Shown here: positions 48,189 through 59,894 of the stretch, piece after piece
Layout of the letters: each line of letters opens with the position of its first letter
How positions within the stretch are numbered: position 1 is the stretch's first letter
NCBI GenBank assembly: GCA_020891255.1
Contig: BQFW01000012.1
Span: forward strand, 1,426,001 to 1,490,000
Source of the DNA: Entomortierella parvispora E1425
Taxonomy: Eukaryota; Fungi; Mortierellomycota
DNA: 64,000 nt
Reading direction: 5' to 3'
The notes under the pieces: generated by a model
The model's input: only the letters and a program-made list of their open reading frames with translations
Database searches by the model: none
Told to the model about the DNA's origin: nothing
Made by a program: the position numbers and the translations under genes

Positions 48189-49146
48189 GTTGATGTAAAA
48201 GGAAGAAACTGCAAGGAACAGAAATGCGCCCCACGGAGGAGGATCAGCAGTGAGAGTATGTGGATAGTGTCAAAGTAAAAAGAGTAGGACAAATGGAGTG
48301 GTTTGATAAAAAAGTAGGAATATTCACGCCTGGCAGAGGTTTACTGGTAGTGAACTTGAAGAGAGAAAGAGAGAATAAAGGTCAAGAAGAGGGAAAGAAA
48401 GAGAGAAAGCAAGAGAGAAAGCTTGATGAAATCAACAGCTTGACAGCTTCATAGAATCAGTAAAGGCGACCAGGCGCACCACAGATTCATAAGCTTTTCC
48501 TGTGTGCCATCACTTCACGACCGCATCTTGATGGCTGCCCCGAGTTACACTTTTGAAATTTGAATATGATGGATACACAGGTTGCAGACACTGCTTGTAC
48601 GGCACTATTTATTTTGGACCTTAGGCAACAACAGCAGGCCCCTGGGAACAACGACAACAGATTCACTGCACCACTATTCTTTGTCAATGTGAGTTGGCAG
48701 GGACATAATACAAAAAACCCAACAACTCTGGACCAGAGCTGTTTGTTATTTTCCGTTTCGTGTTGTCTGGTGGCGATAGACGCAACTCTGCGGCTACTCT
48801 TTTACTCTTTCCCCCCTTTATCCCGGATGGTGTTTACCAACATGTGAGATATGAAGTTGGCGATGGTGCTGGTGCCGCTCCAGTCCAGGCAGGTTCTTTC
48901 ACGATTCACAAAAATCGGATGGGCAAAGGATCAACGCAATTTCATGAAAAATAGTGACTATGGATTATCCTGGACAAATAAGTACACCCTTTCCAATCGG
49001 CAATCACACGTGATCTAGAACTTAATTGGTGGCGTCGCTTTTTGAACCGGAACCTGGCTTCACTTTCCACCGTTTTTCCTCCCTCTCTCACCCCTTCTCT
49101 TCTCTTCTCCAACTCGACCTCACTCACACCACACACCACACACCTA

Positions 49147-52100
49147 ATGGTGCTCATACCAGAGAAGAAAGGGGTTGTCCTTTCAAGGGTAAGTCTTCTT
49201 TCCTGCCCTAGACTCTGGTGTTGGCTCCCAATTGACAGGCACCCACCACTCCCCCTCCACCTGGGTGAATAATCAGCAGTCCGGATGTTCATAGACCGTT
49301 TCGGACCCCTGGTCGTCGTAGTCCACTTTTGCTTTATGGGGAGAGGGCAGATTTGAGGTTCTGAATGTACTTACTTTGAATCACCATAATCTCACCCATT
49401 CTCATGCATTGTCCAAAAAAACCGCCCCACTTTTGTGCCAAATAGATACCTGGAACCGCTATTCCTTTTGCCCATACCGTCTTTGGAGCTTGTAAGTTCA
49501 CAACTCAACACCAGGGCTTGAACGACAACCTGGTCCCAGTTGGCTGCGATTGAACAAAAAATGAAGGGGGGGTTGAGCCATATTGATGAAACCTCACAGC
49601 CCTCCTTGCCCAGGGCTTTTGTATCTTCTGGAAGGATTCTAAGTGAGAGTCCTGGACAAAACTTTTTTCAAGACGAGCGAGAGCGCAGTAAACAGAAAAT
49701 GAGGGGAAAGCATGCGGGAATTTGCCTAAACCGGTTGGAGCAATTGGGGCAGGGAACGTTGAGAGAGCCGAAGAAGTCGGCGACAAAACTGCGCCGATGA
49801 CGGACGGACGGACGGGCGGTGAGAGAGGAGGGGAGGGCATGAAGAGAGCAGTCAGGGTGTCTCTCTGGTCTAGTCTGGGATGATGGATTTTTTTTTTGTG
49901 TCCCGAGCTGAACGAAGAACCTTTTTTTTTATATCTTTTTTTTTTCCCCCTTTCGGTGATCCTGCGAAAAACGTTTAGCCGCATTCATCTTGGCTCTCTT
50001 GATCGGATGCTATGGCCACTACTACCAGATCGTCAAGAACGGAGTCGCCGGATATCCCGAGGTAAATTTTTTAAAACCTCGACTAGAACGTTAAAGTGGA
50101 CTCGAACCACCAAAAAAAAAAAACAGGACCAGGCGATCTTTCTTTTTGCTTTTGCTCTAACGCTGCCATTCAGCGTTACCAACTAAGAAAGAAGAGGTTT
50201 GGAAAGTGGAGACGAGTGAGAGAGGAATGAGCTGGATAACAACCAAGAAACGATCAAGAAATGAATCGTGGAATCTGGATTTCAGGATGATCCTATCAGT
50301 GCTGGAAAAGAGAAACTCGTTTCTGAGGCAATTCTGTTTACAGCAGAGTGATCGACACAGCAGCGGTGCAGGATGGCCTTCAGGATCAGGGTCGCTGGAC
50401 TCGGGGCAGGATAATGATCTATAAACTTATAAACTTGAGGCAAGAGAACGTAAACTGACCCTCTCTTTACCTCTGTTTTCGATCACCCAGGAATGGTTTC
50501 CAAGCGTCAGTGCAACGACAGGAGATTGGTTTCCAGAGAGGAATGTTTGCCAGATCCTAATTGCTTTGGCCTCTGGTAAACATCACAAACGTATTGAAGA
50601 AAGAGAAGCATGCACTGGGAATAACAAAGAGGCTCTCTCTGACACCGTGGGTATACATTTTTTTTCTTTGCGATGATCGTGGACTCTAGGACCTCGTCTG
50701 GCACTCTGCTACCTCTGGTACCTTTTGATCATCAGGAAAGTAGGCTCCAACGATGGATCTTCAACGACAGCCTACGCAAAGTTCTTGTTTGCGAACGATG
50801 TTGTGAGAACAGTAGCCTGCGGCGGATGGGTCTATGTCACCTCGAACGACAGTCATGATTTCCACGACGTTGCCATGATTGTCTATCTGCTCTGCACCAT
50901 CCCTCACGTTGTTGGAACGATCAAGAGCGCCCCCCCTAATCCAAAGGCCGAAAAGTACCGACGCATCTTTGGATACACCTTCTTTGGAGCGTTGATCCCC
51001 ATGGTCCACTTTTTCATCCAACACAACTTTCATCGAGTCCCAGGAGCTTACACCTACTATGCGTTCTTTGAGTGGTCGTTGATCATCTCGGACTTGGGCT
51101 TTGATGCGGTCTGCATGATCGACTTTGAGGCTCTTGAGTTCAGAGTCGTGGATGTCAGCTCGGAGACCACCAAGAGCCAGTATGAAGTCGGAAGCGGCGC
51201 TCTTGGCCACAGTGAACTCAAGACTTTGGGAGGTAGCAGTGTCAGCAAGATGGTTTCTCTGCTTGAGCGGATTAAGGGTCGCGATGCCATCTCGTTTGCT
51301 GCAGATGTGTACCTTGGTAAGCTTCTATCTATCTCAAACATGTTCATTTTTTTCAAGGGGTGTTGACCAATTGCCTCCCCGCTCCCCTTTTTTTTGACAA
51401 TCAGGGTTCATCTTTTGGTCCATGCTGACATCTCTGCCATTGATGATTTGGTACTTCCCTCTGTGGCATATGGGACTCTCTGGATACGAACTGTTCCTTT
51501 TCTGCAACCTGACTGTTGGATTTTTGGGTTTCGACAACTTGAGAAATCTCGTGGATCGATCCAAGGGAACTGTCCATTTGATGTCGTTGGTTGGAGTTCT
51601 CTCATACAAGATCTTGGATCCTGCTTATCGATTGATGGCAGTGGCCATGGGGGTATCTCTTTCGCTGATGGCGTGGGTCACGACTCTGTATGGACAAAGG
51701 CATCAGAATGGAAGGGCCGAGGGTGGCGTCTTGACTTTGGCACTGGGATTGATCCTTCACAACGTTCTTAAGCAAGCTTGGTGGGCCAACAATCCGATCT
51801 GGCCCATCATGAACGCGACCAATGGAGGTCAGAACAAGTTGGGTTTGTTCATTGGTGTATTGGCCGCAGTTCAGGTCATGCTTCGAAAGGAGCCCCATTT
51901 GAACGAGACAAAGTCCATTGATGCTCCCAGAAAGGGAGCTGAAGACAACGAGAGCTGGGTCAAGGGAGCGATTGGAGCTGGCGGATTCCTGTTCTGTATG
52001 CACAACATGTTCACGGAGGCTGCTACGATTAGCCGTTGGTCTGTAGGTGGCTACCCCAACACTGGACCCATGCCTGCCACTGGTGGATTCATGGTAATTG

Positions 52101-53506
52101 TGGCCATGGCTGGCGGTTTGGCGTTGTCCTCCCGAAGACGATTTGTGACTTCTTGGATTTGGTATGGCGTGGGATCCTTTGGGCTAACGATCTTGCACTT
52201 CTTTGAAGGCAATGTTGGATTCATCGGTGGTCTTATCTTCACTGTTTGGGTCCTTTCCCTCTTCCCCACTTTGATCCGAGCTGTCAGTCAACAGAGCCCT
52301 GGCCGAACCTTCCTGGTGACTATGCTCGTGTACAACTTCTTGGCGTTGGCCAGTGTCTGGACCGTCGCCTACGCTTTCGTGCCTGTCGGAGTCTGGATGC
52401 GTGAGCGAACCGACTTGGTCTTGATGGCCATGCAGGCCTGCTTGTTTGTCGGTCTCCAGAATGCACGAGTCAACTCTTGGACTCAGGTTTCGGAGACTAC
52501 CCGGAGTCGTACAGCCTTCTCCACGACTCGTCTCCTGGCCAAGGTGGCCTTGGTAGGTTTGATGGGTCTGTCTTTCTTGATCTGCCTCAGCCGTCTTCCT
52601 CGATCGGCACCTCAGCCTTACCACCCTGAACACAAGCTGATCACGGCCGGTATCTGGACGATTCATTTCGCTATCGACAATGACATGTGGAACAGTGAGA
52701 TTCGCATGCGAGACGCCATCAGAGACTTGGAATTGGACGTGATCGGTCTTTTGGAATCGGATCTTCAGCGGATGATCATGGGCAACCGTGATCTGACCCA
52801 GTTCTTGGCCGAGGATCTCAACATGTACGCAGATTATGGTCCAGGCCCCACGAAGCACACCTGGGGATGTACCATGCTTTCAAAGTTCCCCATCAAGCGA
52901 TCCTCCCATCATCTGCTGCCGTCCCCCAAGGGTGAGCTTGCCTGCGCGATCCACGCGACTTTGGATGTCTATGGCGAGGAAGTGGACGTGATCGTGTCCC
53001 ACAATGGACAGGAGGAAGATTTCAGGGACCGTCAGCTCCAAACCACAGAGCTTGGAAGGATTATGAGGGAATCAAACAATCCTTTCCTGTTCCTGGGATA
53101 TGTTGTGACACTCCCAGGACCTGGCAATGAGATCTACGAGTTGTTGATGGATGGTGGTCGTATGCATGATATTGAGCCTACAGACTCTGATCGTTGGTGC
53201 GAGTACTTGGCCTTCCGTGGCGTCAAGCGAATCGGTTACGCTCGCATCTCCCATGGAGGCATCACAGACACTGAGATCCAGGCCGGAAAGTATCAACTAT
53301 TGGATGCGACGGCCAAGGCCCATTCACGCGAATTGGATGGACACCATCGATCGTTGTCCTTGACCGATTTCAAGAATCTGGCGTCATACGAACAGATTCC
53401 TGAGGATGGGGTTCCCAAGGGAATGCGGTATCCGTCCATGTTTTATGGCGAGGGTGTTCGAAACCATCGCTTCCATGTCCACGACAGGCCACTCTACTAT
53501 GCCTAA
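49147..53506 (+). CDS. CWH43: CWH43/PGAP2-interacting protein (GPI lipid remodelling; Frag1/DRAM N-terminus, EEP-type C-terminus)
   Basis: Spliced [14 protein letters not shown]|[15 protein letters not shown]|[10 protein letters not shown]...GYPE|[13 protein letters not shown]. Also [84 protein letters not shown]. Confidence 0.95.
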
Positions 53507-53874
53507 GTGCAACTTATTTTTTTCTCGTAATAATTGTATTTGAATGACATACCCAAAATAATAAACTGAGAGCTCTAGAATCCATCCAAGTCTTGAACAA
53601 TGGCAAGCATATTCAAGTCGGCACTCTCAAGACCACAGGAAAAAATATGATCAGCTGTTGACAGCTAGACGCATAGATGCCTCTCTCCTCAAGAAAAAAA
53701 AACTGACTGTTGAGGCCAGGTCGTTGGTTATTCTCAGATAACGCTTCACCAAGAAGCAAAAGAAAACAAAAAGATGAACTCAGATCCACGTTTTTCAAGT
53801 CCGAAGACGAGAAGCGCACCGTACAGGATGGTGCTGAAAGTATACATGGTCATTCCAATCATTGTTCAATGAAT

Positions 53875-53945
53875 TGCGTGGTCCGGGAATCGAACCCGGG
53901 TCTACCGCGTGGCAGGCGGTAATTATACCACTAAACCAACCACGC
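53875..53945 (-). tRNA. tRNA-Gly (GCC)
   Basis: GCGTGGTTGGTTTAGTGGTATAATTACCGCCTGCCACGCGGTAGACCCGGGTTCGATTCCCGGACCACGCA folds as a cloverleaf. Anticodon arm ACCGC-CTGCCAC-GCGGT; T-loop GGTTCGATTCC. Confidence 0.97.
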
Positions 53946-54109
53946 TTCACTCTTTGATATCTATTTGATTCCCGGGCGATCTTTGTTACTAATAAGCAAC
54001 GTCACATCACGTGAACAGTTGGCACGTGAGTGTGATGATCACGTGAGCTGTTGCCACCAATTTTTCCCGGGTCAAGATGCGTTTTATTGTTGTTTTCTCG
54101 CCATCACGT

Positions 54110-54208
54110 CTATCCACCGGCTGCGTAATACGCGTATCGACCAGGCGCATTGGGATCTCCAGGCAAACCCTCCAGAGCTGGGCCTTGGTTGTTGTTATTG
54201 TTATTATT

Positions 54209-54242
<34 letters not shown>

Positions 54243-54827
54243 CCTCCTGCAGCATTAGGCCCGAATCGGAACTGACGAACATACATCAAATATCCGACGA
54301 CCATGCACAAACCAATGATTACAAGTCCTTCCAACAGATCGTCTTCCTCCAGAAATGGATCCTCGTCCTCACCCTGGGGGCGATGCGGGCGTTGATGATA
54401 CATGTCATCCTCTTGCTCCGCTCCATCTTCTCCTGGTCCAGTCTGTTTTTGACTCTCCCACTTCTCGACGCCACTCTTACTGATACTGTCAATATCCCAA
54501 GTGTTTCGATCATTCGCGCCTGCTGGGTTAACACCAGAGCCACCACCTGCGACCGCCCCAGTATCATCGCCTGCATTGGCGGCGGTCTTGTCGGATGAGC
54601 CGCCTCCGGCAGCTGTGGTTTTCAGATCAGGGTTAGTCTTTCCACTAATGGACCAGAACGATCCTGCGCTCTCTCCAGTTTCACCTCCAGTCATGTAGCT
54701 CCAGATGTATCGGGCATTCAGCTTGGCCAAAGAGAGAGTGACGGGAAGAACCGCGCCAGGATTGGTAGATAATGACCGATCATACCAACGTTTCGCCAAG
54801 TGATAATCCTAATTATTTTTTTTAAAC

Positions 54828-54858
<31 letters not shown>

Positions 54859-57719
54859 ATGATAAGCATGAAGTACGTTCTGAACGTTTGTAAATGACAA
54901 AGAGAGAAATACACTTCATGATATCGAAGGTTTACCTTGGCAACGCCAACTCCATTCTCATGCATCCATCCCAGATTCCACATAGCCATGGCTGAAAACT
55001 CTGCGTTGCCCGCAACTTGGTAGCACGCCGTGGCCTTCTTATAGTCAGCTTCTGTTCCAATACCGTGAAAGTAATAGTCGCCCATTTTGACGCGAGAGTC
55101 CACATCTCCTTGGTTCGCCGATCTCGTCCAATACACCAAAGCCATTTCAAGTAGCTTTGAAGGTGAGGCAAGACTGACCAGCACTGACTCTGACATGGCC
55201 GAAAGTGCTGTTCTGGGTGAAGTGAGGGTAGCCAGATAATGCGACGTGGGCAACTCTATTCATTCATAGCCACAGGATAGACTTGGTTAGTACTTCAGGT
55301 ATCTTGATCATGACAAGGTCACCTTAAACCAGTTCACTTCCTACCTCGATCAATGATCCAGGCAAAATTGGATTGGCCTTCCTCAAAGCCTCGCTCTGCA
55401 GCCTGTAGATAAGAGATGGCCGCATACTCAATATCGCCTACTTGATAAGCCTCCTGGGCATCCTGGAACAAGTCGTCGTCCCAGTTTCCGCGCTCTGCGA
55501 TATGTTTAAAGCGCTATGCCACGAAATAATTGTCAGTTAATATACGGTCAGCGAATGCGCCACAATCGATAATAACCTACCATCAAAGCTGAATCGCAAT
55601 GCGCCTGAACACCGTGACCATAATGGTACATTTCGCCGAGGTGATAGATTGCCAGAAAGTTTCCTTTTTCTGCCGCAAGTTTGAAGTAGTCGAGTGCAGT
55701 ACCGTGCGTTTTCACGTCATCTAAATCAATAGGAAAAGTCAGTCAGTGGTTGTGGATGCAATGTAAACTCTTATAATTGCCCAGTACATACTCGCGTGGA
55801 GGAGTCCCATGTTGACCTGGGCATCAGGGTATCGGAGATCAGCTGCTTTCTTGAAGTACTCTGTGGCCTTTGCTACATCTCGCTGGAGTCCAGCGGCGCC
55901 GCTCAAGTACATCGATCCAAGGCCATTAAGTGCCACTGGGTTATTCTATAGTGGGGGCAGACTGGTGATAAATATAACGAGATCGGGCACCTCGATCTGA
56001 AGGGACAATGATAGAGCAGGACTTACTACAAGTACGCCTTTGTTGAACCAGCTCAGAGCCTGAGTCTCATCCACATCAAAGCCTTCACCTCGCCAATACA
56101 TTTTGCCTAGCAGTGCAGCGGCGATTCCAGCCTCCTCCACCTCCTTGGAATCCTGCTCCATGGCTATTTTTATGGACTTTGGATCCATATTCTTTGCTGT
56201 AAAGAACGCGTCTGCAACTGATCGAAGGTACTTTCCTGCCTTTTGAAAATCGCGGGGGATTGTTGTGCTTCCTGCGGTTCCTGTATAAAAGAGAATACCC
56301 AGCTCAAACTATATACAAGATAGAGAATATCAGCACATACCAATGCGATTCATAGAGCACATCATGCAATTGTGTTCTTACCTGGGCTAGTCTTGCGTCA
56401 GCGTTATCACCAGCGGCACGGTATCGGCGGAATTCTATAAAGTCTCCAATATTGTAGAACATGGAGCTCTGAGGGGCTCCTGGACCACTTGCGCCAGCAC
56501 CATAAGTGCCGCCATCTGCGGCTGTCAATCTGGCTTTAATTGGAGGCGGAGTGCGACCAAGAGGGGGACCATCCATGTACATTGCATAGGCTTTATCCGC
56601 AGCCCGTTTGTAATAAAATACAGAGTGTTGACAGCTCTTTGAAGTGCCAATACCCAGCATGTGCTTGTAACCCATCGTAAGTTCCGCTGCAGTGCTGTTT
56701 CCTAGAGCAGCGAAGGTTGTGTACAGTACGGCCTTGGCCTCGTCGCGCTCGACGACATTTCCCAAGCCCGTAGAGTACATGAATCCAACCATTTGTTGCG
56801 CCGTTGCATTTCCTGAGCGGTCAGCCAAGGCTGCATACATGTCGAAAGCCTGGTGCAAGTCCCGTTTGGCCTTGTATTGTCCATGCTATAGGTTAGGAGA
56901 GAGGGAAAAAGGCGATGGGCGTTAAAAGCTCGATTCATTCGTGCAGTGTTGCTTAGCTCCAGTAGGTTGTGATTGCAGTTGCTTACAAAATGAATGTTGG
57001 CCAAAGTCCACAAGGCATCATCATTTCCATAATCATAGCCGGCCCGCAGGAGTAATTCCATAGCTTTGGCTACCATTGGATCCCTATGACGTTTGGAAGC
57101 CAAATTTGCCGTTGTCGAGTCCTGTGTTCCTTCTGACGATTTTTCAGATACAGATGGCGACGAACTGAAGAATGACATAAATCCCTGCGTAACCAATCTC
57201 AGGGCTGTGGGGAAGATCCCCTTTTGCTTTTGAAGTTCATCCGAGAGTAGAGTTTTCACAAATGAAGACTCTTGGGGGACAAAGACGCGTTGGTGGACTG
57301 TGACTGAAGAAGATGCGAGAAGCTGAACAGCTTCCTCAAAGAGCCGGCTCCCTGAAAGCAAAGGATGAGCAGTTAGATATTACCTCCGGGATTCCAACAT
57401 CTATAGCAAGAACTGACATCTCAAGGGAAACATCTACCCTGCATCTGCTTGTCCTGACCCTGATCGGCAGTACTATCTTGGAATTTTTCAACCTCGAGAT
57501 TTGTGCCTGCCTGGAAGGTGTTTTGAACCAAGGGCTCTGATGCATGGGCGAACAAGGCTACTGCTATAAGAACTGTAAACTCGATGGAGGGGTTAGAAAA
57601 TGAAGTCTCTGCATGGTTGGCACAGCTCCGATGGCGCATGACATCTGGGGTCTAGTTAAGACAAGGTCCGTACTTGTGCATCCGAGGATAACTCGTCGGC
57701 GCATGTTCTTTGCAGCCAT
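54110..57719 (-). CDS. HRD3: ERAD component Hrd3/SEL1L (Sel1 repeats, signal peptide, C-terminal TM)
   Basis: Spliced signal peptide MAAKNMRRRVILGCT|ILIAVALFAHA. Sel1 repeats (GNATAQQMVGFMYSTGLG; SANQGDVDSRVKMGDYYFHGIG; AMAMWNLGWMHENGVG) and DFHLAKRWYD. TM segment LEGLVIIGLCMVVGYLMYV followed by a poly-Asn tail. Confidence 0.92.
54187..54241 (-). repeat. (AAC/AAT)n microsatellite encoding poly-Asn in the HRD3 tail
   Basis: Run of TTG/TTA on the + strand. Confidence 0.9.
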
Positions 57720-58039
57720 GGTCGATGGATGGGTGTGTGTGAAGATACGTCAGGGAGAGATAGAGAGAGAGCTACGAGTGAGGGCGGGGGTGGGTTGATG
57801 CTCCTGCGGCCAGCGAGAGAGAGCGAGGGAGGGTGAGGGTGATCCCTAGGTAGGTGCGTGGATGTGTGCGCTGGGTGTGAGTGCGTGCGTGAGTGGATGG
57901 ATGGATGGAGCGAAAGACAGGAATGATGGCGGAGAGCACAGAGGGTGCTGGCGAACCCGGACTGGCTGGAGGAAGAGCAGCAGTCACCGCGACTCCCGCT
58001 CGTGTTCGCGTTTGGGTCCTTTTTCTTTATTGTCTTCTT

Positions 58040-59320
58040 TCACAGGTCTTGGCCAGATTCGCCTCTGTGGGCCTCAACCCAGTCTTGAAAGGTGGTTACG
58101 CTCGGAGTGTGTCGGTATATAAACGGGGATCGGATGTCGTGCCTCTTGCAAGGCTGCCTCTTGATGACCAAATTTCTCTTTGCTTGGACATGATCATATC
58201 CATTAGACCAGTGGTGGCGCCCCATGTGCAGACGCTGAACTGAATGCCATCGCTGTTGATCGCTATCCTCTCTTTCGAGCTGGCTGTTCTGTTGAAGCTC
58301 AGTGCGGATCAACTCCAGTCTCCGTATTCGATCCATAATTGCCAGCATCTTTCGCCGACTACTCATTGATTCAATTCTTGTGAATAAAGGATGGCCCTTT
58401 TGCTGAGCATTGGGTTCCAGGGTAGATGGGAAGACCTTGCCCGAGAATCGTTGCGTAGAGAGTACTGGTGATTTAACTGAAAAGGACAGAGATGTGGAGG
58501 ACCGGAGCGAGTGCGGTGCCGTTGGACTGTGTGCAGTTTCTAGAGCAAGACCTCCAACAGTTTTACAGTGAGCTGGGATGTACGAGATATGATGAGTTTC
58601 GTTCAATGGACCTCTCTCGGCTGGGATGACGGAAGGGAGAATAAGAGGTGATATTAGGGAGGGTGAAGATGACCTTGGTGTAGAGGGCGTCAATTGAGAA
58701 GCCCAATCATCGTCTTCAGTACGCCCTCGCCTCGTCTTGGAGCGATACATGCCATCATAAAATAAATCGCGTTCAGACTCAAAGGAACTATGGTTGTCTG
58801 AACGATGCGAGAGGATCCGCGTCACTTCGTTGTCAAATTCAAGATCGTAGTTGTTCTCGATATTCTCCACATGTGGGCCATAATGCAGACGATACGGATA
58901 CTCTTGGACGAGAATGGATGAATCGCTAAGCGCGTCGGTCGTAGTGTCCGTGGGATCAAGGTATTGAAAGCTAGTTTGAAATCTCTGCCGTCGATGGTAA
59001 TGGATGGCACTGACAGAGTCCTCTATTTGCCTCACAGACTCTGTCAGCTCCATGACCCCGTCTTCCAGTGGAGCTATGACAATGGAGGCTGACTGTGCCT
59101 CTAACAGTGCCTTTGGGTGATACTCTTCTTGAGTGGTTGCTTTTCGCTTGATCCAGGGAAGCTTGACCTTCAGAGTTATCTTTGGTTTTTTGTTTTTTGT
59201 GCCAACGTCAGTGGTCAACTGAACTGTGTTCGGTTCCTTTGTGGGCGTAACGTGGAGACTGGGTCGGACAGCGAGAGCGAGGGCCGTCTTCAGGCGTTTC
59301 TTGAGATCTGAAAAAACCAT
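58040..59320 (-). CDS. Hypothetical protein (426 aa, single exon, Ser/Arg-rich)
   Basis: Long uninterrupted ORF between HRD3 and the MFS gene; no recognisable motif. Confidence 0.6.
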   Translation of the reverse strand: MVFSDLKKRLKTALALAVRPSLHVTPTKEPNTVQLTTDVGTKNKKPKITLKVKLPWIKRKATTQEEYHPKALLEAQSASIVIAPLEDGVMELTESVRQIEDSVSAIHYHRRQRFQTSFQYLDPTDTTTDALSDSSILVQEYPYRLHYGPHVENIENNYDLEFDNEVTRILSHRSDNHSSFESERDLFYDGMYRSKTRRGRTEDDDWASQLTPSTPRSSSPSLISPLILPSVIPAERGPLNETHHISYIPAHCKTVGGLALETAHSPTAPHSLRSSTSLSFSVKSPVLSTQRFSGKVFPSTLEPNAQQKGHPLFTRIESMSSRRKMLAIMDRIRRLELIRTELQQNSQLEREDSDQQRWHSVQRLHMGRHHWSNGYDHVQAKRNLVIKRQPCKRHDIRSPFIYRHTPSVTTFQDWVEAHRGESGQDL

Positions 59321-59894
59321 GATGGGGATGCTGTTCGGCTTGAGTTCTCCAAGAGTTGGAAAGGATGGAAGAAGGAACAGATTCTCTTTTGGGTGTAGTG
59401 ATTGATACGGGGGAGAGGTAAAGGAACCTCATCAGCTACATATATTGCACTGTAGAGACCTTTCTGTCGGGGACTTTGTTCATACCCTTGTTTCTTTCAG
59501 AAGGCTGACCGGTCTTGGAACAAAGACACTCCTTATTGAAATAAGATCTTTATTGTCCATGAGAGAACGCGTTTCATGGTTGAAAGAGCGCAATAGTCCA
59601 ACCCTGCTCATTCTTTGCGCCACCAACCTCGATACATAGCACCAGTCAAGGTTGCACCTCCCTCCCCCCGCATTCCACACTTGCGTGACCGACAAAGGTT
59701 GAATTGGAATGGCCTTTAATTACATGATGCGCCTTGCCTCGCGGCGAAAAGATCGTCCTTGATTCCTCTCTTTCCCCACTTTCCTTCTTTTTCTTTTTCT
59801 TTTTTTCTTTTTTTATATCTCCTCAGCGCCGTTAATACTCCCCCTCCTCGCAGTGCACCCCAATCGTTGTAACTGAAGAGAATACTGCGACAAA

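Larger units (their letters stand above)
43576..48989 (-). mobile_element. Non-autonomous TIR DNA transposon (5414 bp, 9 bp TSD, Mutator/Merlin-like ends) carrying an XPG-PIN/Fanzor fusion gene
   Basis: Left end GGGGCGCTTTATTTGTCCAGGA (43576-43597) vs reverse complement of the right end GGGTGTACTTATTTGTCCAGGA (48968-48989): 17/22 identical, with a 14 bp perfect core. The direct repeat TTTCCAATC sits immediately outside both ends (43567-43575 and 48990-48998). Confidence 0.88.

Noticed and set aside
48189-48967. Possible transposase in the element's upstream 800 bp
   Set aside because: Only short ORFs without DDE or zinc-finger motifs; the CT-rich sequence looks like promoter/5' UTR.
48993-49012. 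ERSE-like CCAAT-N9-CCACG element upstream of CWH43
   Set aside because: The spacing and sequence do not match (CCAAT-N9-CACGT), so it is not called.
312-57719. Apparent clustering of ER/secretory genes (VMA7, UGGT, VPS53, CWH43, HRD3)
   Set aside because: Such genes are common, are interspersed with unrelated ones and share no evident motif, so this is likely coincidence.
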